From Haliotis rufescens (Eukaryota), in the NCBI RefSeq assembly GCF_023055435.1, contig NW_025963913.1, positions 5,642,001 through 5,706,000 on the forward strand: a stretch of DNA of 64,000 bases. Reading direction: 5' to 3'. The notes beneath the pieces are model-generated. The model did not search any database, was not told the origin of the DNA, and saw only the letters and a program-made list of their open reading frames with translations. Positions 1 to 11,790 of this stretch are shown here, piece after piece. Within the stretch, counting starts at the first letter, position 1. The number at the start of each line of letters is the position of its first letter. The position numbers and the translations under genes were made by a program.

Positions 1-694
1 TAGCAGTACAAGAACTGGGTTACGGGTTGTGTTCTAGGATCGTGTATAATGTGTAGGTATTTCAGTAACGTATGGCCACGCATATTTGTATGCTGAAAGC
101 TACCGAAAAATATGGATCAACAGTCAAAGAAATACAACAAGTTACTGGAGAGATTATGGAACTATTTATCAGGTTTCGGAGCAACATTAACAATTCCCGA
201 TTCTGGCATATCGTAATTAGTTGCTTACACTTGAGCACGTCTCTCAAATGACATAGTATGTACTGTTTTCTGTAAAATTGTTTTACCTTCAATTTACTCA
301 TATCTGTTACTGAAGACTTACAATAGATTTTCGATATATCATGCCATATATATATATATATTTTTCTAATATATTCAAAGTTTGGATCGTTTGTATATCG
401 TTGTTACGTTGCTAGGGCCCTGTTGCCAATGACAACACAGTGATCGGCACGTAGGGACCGCAGGGGAATAGTGAAATGTATGTGTTATGATGGGTTTGTC
501 AATAAAAGCTTTTGTCCCCCACTGGGGAAGTGCCCGGTCTTGTGTCTATGTAGACGAACTATGTGTGTAATCATAACTATAGTACGTCGCCCCTATGGGG
601 AAAAGTCCTCCGACTTATAAGTGTTTCTTATGAAAAGACCTGGACAATATCTGGTGTTAATATGAACCCCAAATCACGTATTGGAGACCTATCT

Positions 695-1040
695 ATATGC
701 ACGTATTTATGTGTTAGCTGTCCGCATAGTAATGTGTTAACTGTACACGCATTTACGTGTTAACTGTGCACATATTTATGTGTTAACTGTGCACATATTT
801 ATGTGTTAACTGTGCACGTATGTATGTGTTAACTGTGCACATATTTATGTGTTAACTGTGCACGTATTTATGTGTTAACTGTGCACGTATTTATGTGTTA
901 ACTGTGCACGTATTTATGTGTTAACTGTACATGCATTTACGTGTTAACTGTGAACGTATGTATGTGTTAACTGTGCACATATTTATGTGTTAACTGTGCA
1001 CGTATTTATGTGTTAACTGTGCACATATTTATGTGTTTAC
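695..1040. repeat. 23-bp minisatellite (TGTTAACTGTGCACRTATTTATG), about 14 copies
   Basis: GTTAAC recurs at 736, 759, 782 and onward with 23-bp period. Confidence 0.93.
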
Positions 1041-2007
1041 ATACAATCTACGCATTTGCGATTTGCGAGAATAAAAACTGCTTTTGATATATAGAAGCAA
1101 TAGTAAAGCATTTTGAACCGAGAAGCCAGTGGAATACTTCATGCTGCTGAATTGTCTTCCTTCGTGTCTCCCTCTCTGGCCGATGTTGAACTGTTCGACC
1201 ATGATAAGCTTGACCCAAGGTAAATGGAGTTGTTGATTGTCAGATATCTTCACTTACTGGGTTGATCAACTTGGTAATAAGCAGGAATGAGCAAGAGAGT
1301 GTGTTCTCACACTCTTCAAATAATATTGCTAAAAATGGCTGCACACAGTGTACCATGTTGGGAATCGAACCTGTGTCTTCAGTTTGACGAGTGAATGCTC
1401 TGCTGCCACAAGGGTAAAAAGACAATTTACCATATCATGCAGCACAGCGTTCAGTTGTCCAAACTGCGTATTATGATTCCGAACTGTGCTTGTGATGCCC
1501 TCGGCTTTGCCGCCTGCGTTAAGACGGCATGTCGTGATAGACGTGAAATGTTCAAAACGGTGTAACCTCCCTCATGCACCCAACCACACACTCTAGCCCA
1601 TGCTGTTGGTAGTCCCCACTTAGGAAGGCAGTCATAGCGTACAAAAACGACATTTACACATAACTTGCAACACAAAAATGACACAGTTTATTAGTTCATC
1701 TTTAATCTGGCGTCAGAATTTCCTTAGGGTATTACGTTTAAATTTTGCTAGAACTACAAAACAGATCTTGGTAAGAAGGATGGACTGATTATTTTATTAT
1801 ATCCTTGCCGTTTTCTTGTCTTTTATGAACCATGCTTCTGCATTGTCCACGATGTCATTATGTTGTACTTCCCAAATCGAAAAAAAACCCTAGAATTCAT
1901 CCCATTATACTTAGGCGTAATACAAATTGTTGTCCACAACCACATCTATCTTATTTCGTGACGTTGATATCTAGAGCTCACACACAACCTATTTCCCTTG
2001 TTTGCAG

Positions 2008-2340
2008 GTGATGTTCGAGGATGTTATCGGGGAGCCCGAAGGAGCCCACAGTGCAGATTGTGTATGGCGTAACTCCTACAAATGCTTCACCTGTGGCAAG
2101 AGCTGCTGTTACACCTTCCTCACCTTCATCTGTGCTATTCCCTTGTCTCTCTGCTGGGGATGCGAGTTCGCCATGATGTCCTTCCAACACATCTGGCAGT
2201 TCACACCCTGCCTCAGGATGTGCAGCAGCTATCTTGGATGCTACCAGAAATTCTTCGGCTCCCTCATCAACTGTTGTTTGGCTCCCATCTGCGAAGCATG
2301 TGGCCTGTGCTTCAGTAAAATCGCCGTCGCCAACAAATAA
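2008..2340 (+). CDS. Caveolin-like gene unit 1 (subfamily A), terminal exon 2; exon 1 lies upstream of the window
   Basis: Acceptor tttcccttgtttgcAG at 2006-2007, then VMFEDVIGEPEGAHSADCVW...HIWQFTP...FSKIAVANK*. Matches the caveolin signature FEDVIAEP. Bases 1-50 resemble the unit-2 intron near 6093, so the window starts inside this gene's intron. AATAAA at 2663. Confidence 0.93.
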   Translation: MMFEDVIGEPEGAHSADCVWRNSYKCFTCGKSCCYTFLTFICAIPLSLCWGCEFAMMSFQHIWQFTPCLRMCSSYLGCYQKFFGSLINCCLAPICEACGLCFSKIAVANK

Positions 2341-4194
2341 CCCAAAATCTCATTAACAACGCTGCATCAAAATGCTCAGGTTCCTATTGGACGAGAATTG
2401 ATCGTGAGGATGGAAGGGACATCGACTCTTGACTCTGACTATTTCTTGAAGTTCTGTCTCGCCGGTTGAGAAAACTGTCTTAACCCCAGAAACTGTGATA
2501 TCTTTCCTTTACCCTTTGATATCCATTGTGTATATATATATATAACTGTTGTGTTCCATATACACGTGTATATGTACCTATCTTGTTTATTTCCTTTCTG
2601 TTGTTTGCTTTGACAATCAAATTTGAATCATATTGTACATAGATTATTGTCTGTACAATCCAAATAAATCTTTACTCACAAGTGTTATCTGGTAGATGGT
2701 GTTTTGGGGATAAACACGTAAACAGTAAAAGTAAATATTAAATAACAGAACATATATAGACAGCGCAAACATGTTTGCAGAAATATGCAAACAGATGGAT
2801 GTTTCCAAAGAAATAAAGACACTTCATAAAACTCAGTAATGGTCATGACAAGTCTCTCTTGACAGTGTTTCTTCGACAGGCAGATCCCCTCACAGGTAAC
2901 GCTGCGATCGGAAAACACGACAGAACGAACTCACCCCGACAGATACTTACAGTCGTTATTTTTCTATGAAATAAAAAAGTCCAGCATTTCACACGTTTTC
3001 AGTGCGAGTCAAACCTGAGTGATTAACGCACTCACTGAGGCACCACGTATTATCCTCGCGTATCCTATTTTCCAACAGTTAACACGATGTTGCTAATATG
3101 TTGATGCATGATTGAGTCAAAACTTAATTATTGTTTGTAGCGCTAGCTGATGTCTTTGGCAATATAATTCAGCTATATTCCTAAAGAAAAAAGATTCCAC
3201 AACAAAAGGGGTGAAGTTCAGCTGCACTCGAGTGCCGTCACCTGTTTCCGCACACCTGATTGGTTTGGTACTTCAGTCAGGTCTATAATGGTTCGGCAAG
3301 TCTAGATTGCCTCAGCTTTGAAATTAAGGATTGCTCTGGGTTCTGTTTGGATTTTAGTTATTTTATTTTGGAGATATATATTATTTAAATGAGAAATCTT
3401 TAGTTCTGGGTCTAAATGTCAGTCTGAGGGCTTTCATGAATGAACAGCCCATGTTTGTCGTACAGTTTTCAACATAATTCTTGCAGCATTAAAATTCAAA
3501 ATGTAACCAAAACCTATTTACAAAATCGGAATGTTGTGAATTTAGAGTGTTCACATTATTTGTCTCTGCCTCTTCATCATGACGCGGCAACCAAACTCTA
3601 AATGACTGCGGACTGTCCTGACGGGTGCTCAGTACTTTACATGAGCCAAATGTTGGCAGGCAGGAAGTGTGCACTGTCAGGTCGACAGCTGAGGACGTCA
3701 CACCACTCGTTATAACAAATCACTGCCCATATGCCTGTTTTATATGCATGTGCATATACACATGTCCTAGCCCCAGCTCCATGGTAATCAAGGATATAAT
3801 CATTTTTCAAAATTTCATCAGTAAGGAGTTTGTAACATATACGAATTTCCACTCGAAATCAAAGCCGTTTGGTTAAGAAGATTATGGAACGAGGACGATG
3901 GCATTGTAGATGTAGATACACTGGGGTCGGATCGCTGAGAGGAAGTGCCACCCAGACTGTGCTTCAAAATACAAGAGTATACTTTCCGTCCGTAAAACAT
4001 GTGAATGTTTTTTTCACCCGACCGCCAGCAACGTTCAAGTCATTTCACGACAGCCTGTAAATAATCCAAACCAGTGCTTGATATTACGAGCAACGTCCCA
4101 CGCAGTCGGGGTACGATGGCACACAATCAACCAGATAACCTAACCATACCACCCTAATCCATTTCAGTCGCCTTTGAAACAAATGTTACCCCCC

Positions 4195-4225
<31 letters not shown>

Positions 4226-5409
4226 ACACGCACACGCACACGTCCCAACGTCCCAGCTGATGTGCATATACGACAGTAAGTGAGAGAGTTAGTACCTTAG
4301 TAGTAGAGTTTCCTACCTTGCAACTTAGATGTCACGTCGCTTGAACCACGGAAGGATTATGTACATAGTGTACCTACTACTCCATGGGTAATCGTTACCA
4401 TGTTGTAGTGCTGCAAGAAATAGGTTTCCACATACATGCACCAGTCCAACCTCTTTAAAATGCAACAATTGTTCAGTGGTAGAAATCAACTCTGTAATGC
4501 AAAAGATAATTCAAGGTGTTTGATTAAATTTCAGATTGTGTACAACCTCTGTTTGTATTTCGCGGTCAGTGTACTACCACAGCTGTCCCGGAATCAAGAT
4601 GATGATAGTGATGATCATTACTTAACACACTGATATATTAAGATAGCATTTTGTATATGGTTTTAACCTAAACGTTAAGAAAGGAAGGAAACACTTTGAA
4701 GTGGTTTTCAGGGATCAATTCATATAATTACAACGCCAATTTGCCTTTTGGCCAAATGGAATCTGGCCTAAACCGAGATTAGTTTTCCTCTTCGTTGACG
4801 TTTTATATTTCAAGTTGTTTAGCTGGAAAAGTTTTGGCCCCGTCCCTCTTGAGTCGATGTATTTGGTCATACCAGTGACCAGGCCATATGCCCTAAGTAA
4901 AACATATACTGTTTTATAAACGATTGAACAATAAAAAAGTGTCGACATACGTTTCATACGTGCAAATTATATACAGCTAGAAATACTTCCAACGGGATCT
5001 GGATTGTTTCCACACGTTAAACTGAAGTACCTTAACACAGTCATCTCCGTGTTCTTGACCTGTACTGATGGGAGACCGTATTTGCATATCTGTCACTATC
5101 AAGGAACTGAAGGGTAACCATAGCACACTAACGTATGGGGGCAACCTGCCATATTGTTTAAACTTTTCATGTATGGACAGTCATCATGCATATATTGCAC
5201 AATGTCATTATGAATTTCACGAAACGCACTCACGTGTTCCGATGTGTATATTTACATAATCCTTGAATGATAATGCTTTCAACTTTAAGCTAAGTAAATT
5301 CAGATTGAACCGGTTAAGTGACTTTGTGTGGGATGTGCTCCATTTTCGAGTTATTCCTACACTCGGACACGTTGCTACTTGGCAATCGAGGAAAACATTT
5401 TTTGTTGGT

Positions 5410-5450
5410 GATATTTAAGAGCCAGTGTTGAGGTAAACAGCCTTAGTTTC
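5410..5450 (+). promoter_or_regulatory. Putative TATA box (TATTTAAG) and Inr-like TTAGTT of unit 2
   Basis: TATA-like at 5412, TTAGTT at 5443 (about 30 bp apart), about 80 nt before ATG 5523. Confidence 0.4.
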
Positions 5451-5522
5451 AGCTGGACAGACTCCCTTCAACACCTCGTGGCAAGGATTTATTTTACTTG
5501 TTAATCACCGATCTCAACCAAA

Positions 5523-8290
5523 ATGGCAGAACTTGACATGATGAACAGGGATCCCAACGACCTCAACGACCACTTGAAGGTACGTATCAAATAAAAACAA
5601 TGATTTGAAGACATGTATCAAAGTGCAAATAAAATTTGAAGGATATATAAAGTAACCGTATCAAGTTTATACGAAACGAATAAAGTGAAAGTATTGATAT
5701 GTTTAATCACTGTGTTAGTATGTTAATGTGTACTTTTGATCCAATTAATACTATTTTCTGCTCAAAGGTTTAAAATATGAGGTCATGTATAGGAAATATT
5801 TTTCTTACTTAAAGGTCTAAGATATATATGATATCCACCAAAGTCAGACGTTAATGCAATACTATGTCAAATCAATCTTCTTATCCGTCCACATTAATCC
5901 AAGAGATATGGACAATTAGATGCAACGAATGCCATAACTGAACTCATGGTTTAATGGTACTTTTTTTTATTTAATCTCGATCATAATTTCCCACAACTCC
6001 ACACGGCACTCTGACATTAATCACCAGCCAACCAAAGATTCTGAATACATACGCGCCCGGGCCTAGGCAATCAACGAAGTCTTTATTGAAATTAGCAGTA
6101 CAGGAACGTGGCAATAGGCTGTGTCCTGGAACCACGTATACTCAATGCAAGTATTGATACGAATATTAGAGTTGAAGAAATCCTGTACAGAAATAGAATT
6201 GGAATGAAATAGCTCCAATCGTCTAAGAGCACATAGTGATGAACATTTTTGACATTATTAATGAAAAGAATATGCGAACAAGATGAATACTGTCCTTATT
6301 CTGTAACCAGACATCCGCGGATTGGAGTGGTGTGCTAATTGAACATATTTCGGACAAACTTGGGCGCCGATGCCACATGATCTTGGGACTCGGCAAAGAG
6401 TTTTCACCCGAGAGTCGAACGCCCCAGGCTTATTAAGAACAGGGGTAGAATCTGAGGTCAAAGTGCACCAATACGATCAGTAACAGGGGAGGTTACTCAA
6501 TATACTGACTCTACAACACCCTCATGAGCCTAGTCCCCATTGAACAGTTAATTAGCGTTGATAATTGATAGCGATGGACTGGAAGACAGGATTTAAAACT
6601 TAATACATTTATATGCTCTCTGCTTTATAACATTAAGTCACCTGATGAAGGAGTAAGTATATACTCCGAAACGTTGTGTTTTCTCATAATGAAAAAGTTG
6701 GCATTGATCAATTCTTTTTTCTTTAGACTCCTTAATGCTTTTGGAAATATGTTGCCAGTCCCCCATAAGTGGGTGACCCTTCAGTGGTTGCCCCACGTAT
6801 ATAATGTTTGGCTATTTCGGTGAGGTATACTTATTATAAGATGAGAATTCCCAAATGAATTTTATTCGACATTCACCAGATATTATGTTTGTGAAAAGAG
6901 TTAATGTTTAACTTTCATGATTCTAACATATTGCAATAGGTTATTTAACACGTGGGTGAGTCCATCAGACACATTATGTGAGTCTTTATAAAGTCCTCAA
7001 TCTTTGCTTCATACCAAACAGTTTATGGCTGTTTTTCAATTGGTTGACTGATAAACAGTCAAACACTGTTGTACTGGGCCCTACATAATGCATCGCGTAA
7101 TCCGAGGTTCGACACAACCGAAAATGAGGAATAAATAAGGAATACGCAGGGACCAAGCTATAAGTTCGGTGTTTGACTGTTTGACTGTTGGTATGAGCAA
7201 ATAATTATAAGACTTTTATTTGCTGAAATACGTCCATTCTAGGGGAGCAACCATTGGATTTTCAAAGGTGGAGTGTGTGCTAAAACGTAACGAAGACCTG
7301 TTTTACTGAATTTCTTTTTTACATATACCTCGTATTGTCGGGAAAAAATAATGCTCCTTTTCTTTGCAGAGTTTATTAAAGTGTTCAAAGAATACAGTTC
7401 GTGATATTTCATTGCAAAAATATTTCTTCAGCACATTTTTATGTTGTAAAATATAATTGAGTTCCTAACACATTTAAAGAAAATGCCGCTCTCAAAATCC
7501 CGCCACCTCCACGCCGCAAATAAAATGCTTGCGCCCTAAGCGTTCGTTGCCACAACCAAATAAACAATATCTAATGTTCATCATAACATCAAATCACGTA
7601 TTTTGAGACATATCTATATACATTTAGATAGTATGTATTAAAAGTGACACGTAATCTGCACACTTCGATTTGCGACAATCAAACGTGTCCCCGAAAAAAA
7701 CCTTGTAAATATGTTTCGGTAGTCGGACGCGTTGTTTTTGTTCTGCAGACATCTAGAATTAACCGACTCCAGGGCCATTAAAGTAAAGTATATTGAACCA
7801 GGAAGGGAGTTGGAACAAGCAGGATGGACAGATCATCTAGGACGTTTTCATTCTTTTTGTTATTATTGTCATTTTATTCTCAACGATGGCGGTGTGTGTT
7901 GAAACCTGTAAATAAAACGAGTCACAAAATCCTAAATATTATTTCCCTTGTTTGCAGGTGATGTTCGAGGATGTTATCGGGGAGCCCGAAGGAGCCCACA
8001 GTGCAGATTGTGTATGGCGTAACTCCTACAAATGCTTCACCTGTGGCAAGAGCTGCTGTTACACCTTCCTCACCTTCATCTGTGCTATTCCCTTGTCTCT
8101 CTGCTGGGGATGCGAGTTCGCCTGTTTGTCCTTCCAACACATCTGGCAGTTCACACCCTGCCTCAGGATATGCAGTACCACGCTTGGATGCTACCAGAAA
8201 TTCTTCGGCTCCCTCATCAACTGTTGTTTGGCTCCCATCTGCGAAGCATGTGGCCTGTGCTTCAGTAAAATCGCCGTCGCCAACAAATAA
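5523..8290 (+). CDS. Caveolin-like gene unit 2 (subfamily A), 129 aa; exons 5523-5579 + 7958-8290
   Basis: Exon 1 MAELDMMNRDPNDLNDHLK then GTACGT donor; phase-0 intron; CAG acceptor; exon 2 VMFEDVIGEPEG...KIAVANK*. AATAAA at 8600. Confidence 0.95.
6637..6680 (+). ncRNA. Minimal type I hammerhead ribozyme motif (Penelope-like element pLTR relic)
   Basis: cac-CTGATGA-a-GGAGTA-agtata-TACTCC-GAAAC-GTT-gtg: core boxes, 6-bp stem II, palindromic AACGTT stem III, 3-bp stem I. Confidence 0.6.
6987..7219. mobile_element. Small inverted-repeat (MITE-like) element
   Basis: ataaagtc...ttgcttcataccaaacag mirrored by ctgttggtatgagcaa...gacttttat; inner aaacagtcaaacac / gtgtttgactgttt. Confidence 0.45.
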
Positions 8291-8989
8291 CCTTCCTCCT
8301 CATTAGCGATGTTGCATCAAAATGCTCAGGTTCCAATTGGACGAGAATTGATCGTGAGGATGGAAGGGACATCGACTCTATTTCTTGAAGTTCTGTCTCG
8401 CCGGCTGAGAAATCTGTCTTCCCCCCAGAAACTGTGATATCTTTCCTGTACCCTTTGATATCCATTGTGTATATATATATAACTGTTGTGTTCCATATAC
8501 ACGTGTATATGTACCTATCTTGTTTATTTCCTTTCTGTTGTTTGCTTTGACAATCAAATTTGAATCATATTGTACATAGATTATTGTCTGTACAATCCAA
8601 ATAAATCTTTACACACAATTGTTGTCAAACAAATTGTCGTTCACAAATAAATACTTATACATGGGTTTTGTCTAGTAGATCTACCAGATGATGTTTTAGG
8701 GATATAAACAGAAACAGGAAACTGTTGAACGAAGAAGCGCCCATGTTCTCATTACATCATGTACACGCCAAAGAAAGGGGGAAATTCGAAAATAACGTAT
8801 GATTACAGAAATACAATGAGGTATCGAGTGATTGTAATGGATGGATAAGGAAAAGGTAGGACTAGATGTAACATGACAATCATCAGAACATGTTGGCGGT
8901 GTATTTATTGCCAGGGTCAGACAACCAAGACAGACGGCAAAGGGTTGAATTAAATAACAATTGACGTTTGAGATAACTGGACCAATAAC

Positions 8990-9930
8990 AGGTCATGCCC
9001 TCACGATCGGTCAAACATTCGTTTAAACGGCATGGCATGGTCCGAATCACTCCTCCAATGGCAGTTTGAGGGAGTCTTGTCCACTCCTCTTGCAGTGCCT
9101 GTCACAGTTGGGCTCACGAAGCGGTGGCCTTTGACGTCGGCATACACGTCTCCAGATCATGTCCCAGACGTGCTCTGCGTAGAAGAGGCCAAGATTCATG
9201 GCTGGCCCTTGCAGTCTGGTGCACAGTGAACACGGACGTTGTCTTGAAAGACAAAAGGTGGACCGCAAACGGCACAACTATTGGCGCCAGTATGTTGACT
9301 AGGTAGCACTGTCCAGCGACCTTTCCATGGGCAAGATGCAGTGGTGTTCTGGAAGTCATAGTGATCCCGCCCCATATCATTACAGACCATTCCCCAAATC
9401 GGTTATGTTGCCTTACGTTGACGTTCGCATGACTGTCGTTAGGAACTCAAGAAGCCGGTGTGAATCTGGACTCATTTGAAAACCTTGCACGAGGCCATCA
9501 GCGGACCCTAAAGTTTCTACGCTCTAAACACAATTGGCATCTTTCTAGAATCTATCGATTTGTTAACGGCGGTACAACACGTGGTTGCCGAGTATGCTGA
9601 TGTACTGCATACAGACGATGTCTGGTCTGGTCAGTAGTTTGAACTCCGATGGCCTGGCGCAAGTGAACAGCGATTTGATAAGCTCTTTGGGCTGGATTTC
9701 GTGAAGCCTGATTTTAGATTAAGCGATCCTGCACCTTTGTTGTTGACCTACAGCGCCATGTGCGGGGCCTGTCATGAACATTTTGTGTGTGCAGAAACCT
9801 GTTCCAAAGTCTGCAAATCACAGACACATTGTACATACTGGCAACCTCTCGCTGACTTCTACCAGTTTGCAGCAAGCCAATAGCCCTTATGCTTTCATCA
9901 CTTTGACGAGGCATTCCCAATCTGATAACA
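8990..9930 (-). mobile_element. Degenerate Tc1/mariner transposase relic
   Basis: MPRQSDESIRAIGLLQTGRSQREVA (paired-like HTH), IWGGIT, FQDNVRVH, EHVWD; broken by frameshifts. Confidence 0.8.
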
Positions 9931-10171
9931 AATACTGCAGTAAAGCAGCTTACACGTGTGTTACTGTGGATAAAGAAAATCAGCAAATTGATGCCCTACA
10001 TTTCTCTGGAGAGTGTAATTACATAATAGTTGAAATGAAATAGAAATATTCACATTGGCACAGAAACGTAACAATTTAGCTGAGAGAAGACTATTCGGCC
10101 TTACGCTAGTCATCACTTGTAGACATAACGGTCAGTCGGTTCTACTCCATGCATGGGTGCAGGCCGCCTAC

Positions 10172-10955
10172 CAAAGCGGGGAGCTGTTGGTGGCCGCGAT
10201 AGAGAGCTCCGCAAATCGCGGTGAGGAACTATTGGTGGCCGCGATAGAGAGCTCCGCAAATCGCGGTGAGGAGCTGTTGGTGGCCGCGATAGAGACCTCC
10301 GCAAATCGCGGTGAGGAGCTGTTGGTGGCCGCGATAGAGAGCTCCACAAATCGCGGTGAGGAGCTGTTGGTGGCCGCGATAGAGACCTCCGCAAATCGCG
10401 GTGAGGAGCTGTTCGTGGCCGCGATAGAGAGCTCCGCAAATCGCGTTGAGGAGCTGTTCGTGGCCGCGATAGAGAGCTCCGCAAATCGCGGTGAGGAACT
10501 ATTGGTGGCCGCGATAGAGAGCTCCACAAATGGCGGTGAGGAACTGTTCGTGGCCGCGATAGAGAGCTCCGCAAATCGCGGTGAGGAACTATTGGTGGCC
10601 GCGATAGAGAGCTCCACAAATCGCGGTGAGGAACTATTGGTGGCCGCGATAGAGAGCTCCGCAAATGGCGGTGAGGAACTATTGGTGGCCGCGATAGAGA
10701 GCTCCACAAATGGCGGTGAGGAACTATTGGTGGCCGCGATAGAGAGCTCCGCAAATCGCGGTGAGGAACTATTGGTGGCCGCGATAGAGAGCTCCACAAA
10801 TGGCGGTGAGGAACTATTGGTGGCCGCGATAGAGAGCTCCGCAAATCGCGGTGAGGAACTATTGGTGGCCGCGACAGAGAGCTCCGCAAATGGCGGTGAG
10901 GAACTATTGGTGGCCGCGACAGAGAGCTCCACAAATCGCGGTGAGGAGCTGTTGC
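10172..10955. repeat. GC/CpG-rich 45-bp minisatellite, about 17 copies
   Basis: Unit GGTGAGGARCTRTTGGTGGCCGCGATAGAGAGCTCCRCAAATCGC; 15-aa periodic ORFs on both strands. Confidence 0.96.
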
Positions 10956-11384
10956 AACATCACGACTGGAAATGTCACCTTGACAATTGTTATGAACACG
11001 TGACCGATGTCTAACCTGTTTATATGTTCCTAAACAATGTCTGCCAAGTGTTATTCTTCATTTAGTTTTTTTTCTATTGATAACACACGCTGAGCGTTTA
11101 CGAACGGCTGATCAGATCTGATCAGCTCCTTGTAAGTGGCGTCTGTTTTCATTTCAATACGAATATTCCTATTCGTTGACCGTCGTACATTTTAAATAGT
11201 TCGATGTTCTTATGCATTAAATACCATTCAAGCATGTTAAAAATATATTCCTCTTCAGTTTGGTTGCATCAGATATTCTTTTGTGTCTCAGGTTAGGTTC
11301 GCCGTTTCTATTTCGTATGATACCCAGGGTTGAAGTGGCTAGGTCCCTGACGGGTGAGGGTTCGATCACTTAGTGTCAGAAGTG

Positions 11385-11790
11385 AATAAATGTGACAAAA
11401 CCCTTTCCATATTCGTAAGAAATCTCGATTGTCGAAAGTCGATTGTAGGATTCCGACTGCATCAAGAGCATGTGTTGATGAATCGCTATTAAACAGTGAT
11501 GATACCAGGTGTTTGCGAAAAGATGAGCGTATCCTGCCCCACCTACTCGTCAAAAACACATGCAAAGGCAAGTCAATCGTTCACCTGAAAAACAACAACA
11601 CGGGAACATGTGGTACAAGTCAAAGTAGGGAATTGCATCGAACGTCATTCTTGTCACTGATGCGTTAAATTTGAAAATGTCCTCAACATGTCTACCATAA
11701 AACTTTTTGAAAGTTTTACTGAGGCCTTTGATGGTGTAATCTTGATCAAACAACTTCTGAGCAGGATTGGCTTGATTTATGTATTAAACT
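11385..11790 (-). mobile_element. Retroelement relic, probably the C-terminal/3' part of a Penelope-like RT; related copies near 17275-17630(-), 20600-21060(+), 39770-40170
   Basis: LFDQDYTIKGLSKTFKKFYGRH peptide; shared nucleotide blocks (agtgatgataccaggt, gtcactgatgcgt) recur at these loci. Confidence 0.5.

Noticed and set aside
10172-10955. CRISPR-like array of palindromic repeats
   Set aside because: No unique spacers, no cas genes, eukaryotic context.
10055-11014. 319/273/254-aa repetitive ORFs
   Set aside because: Translations of a stop-free 45-bp minisatellite, open on both strands, with no gene context.
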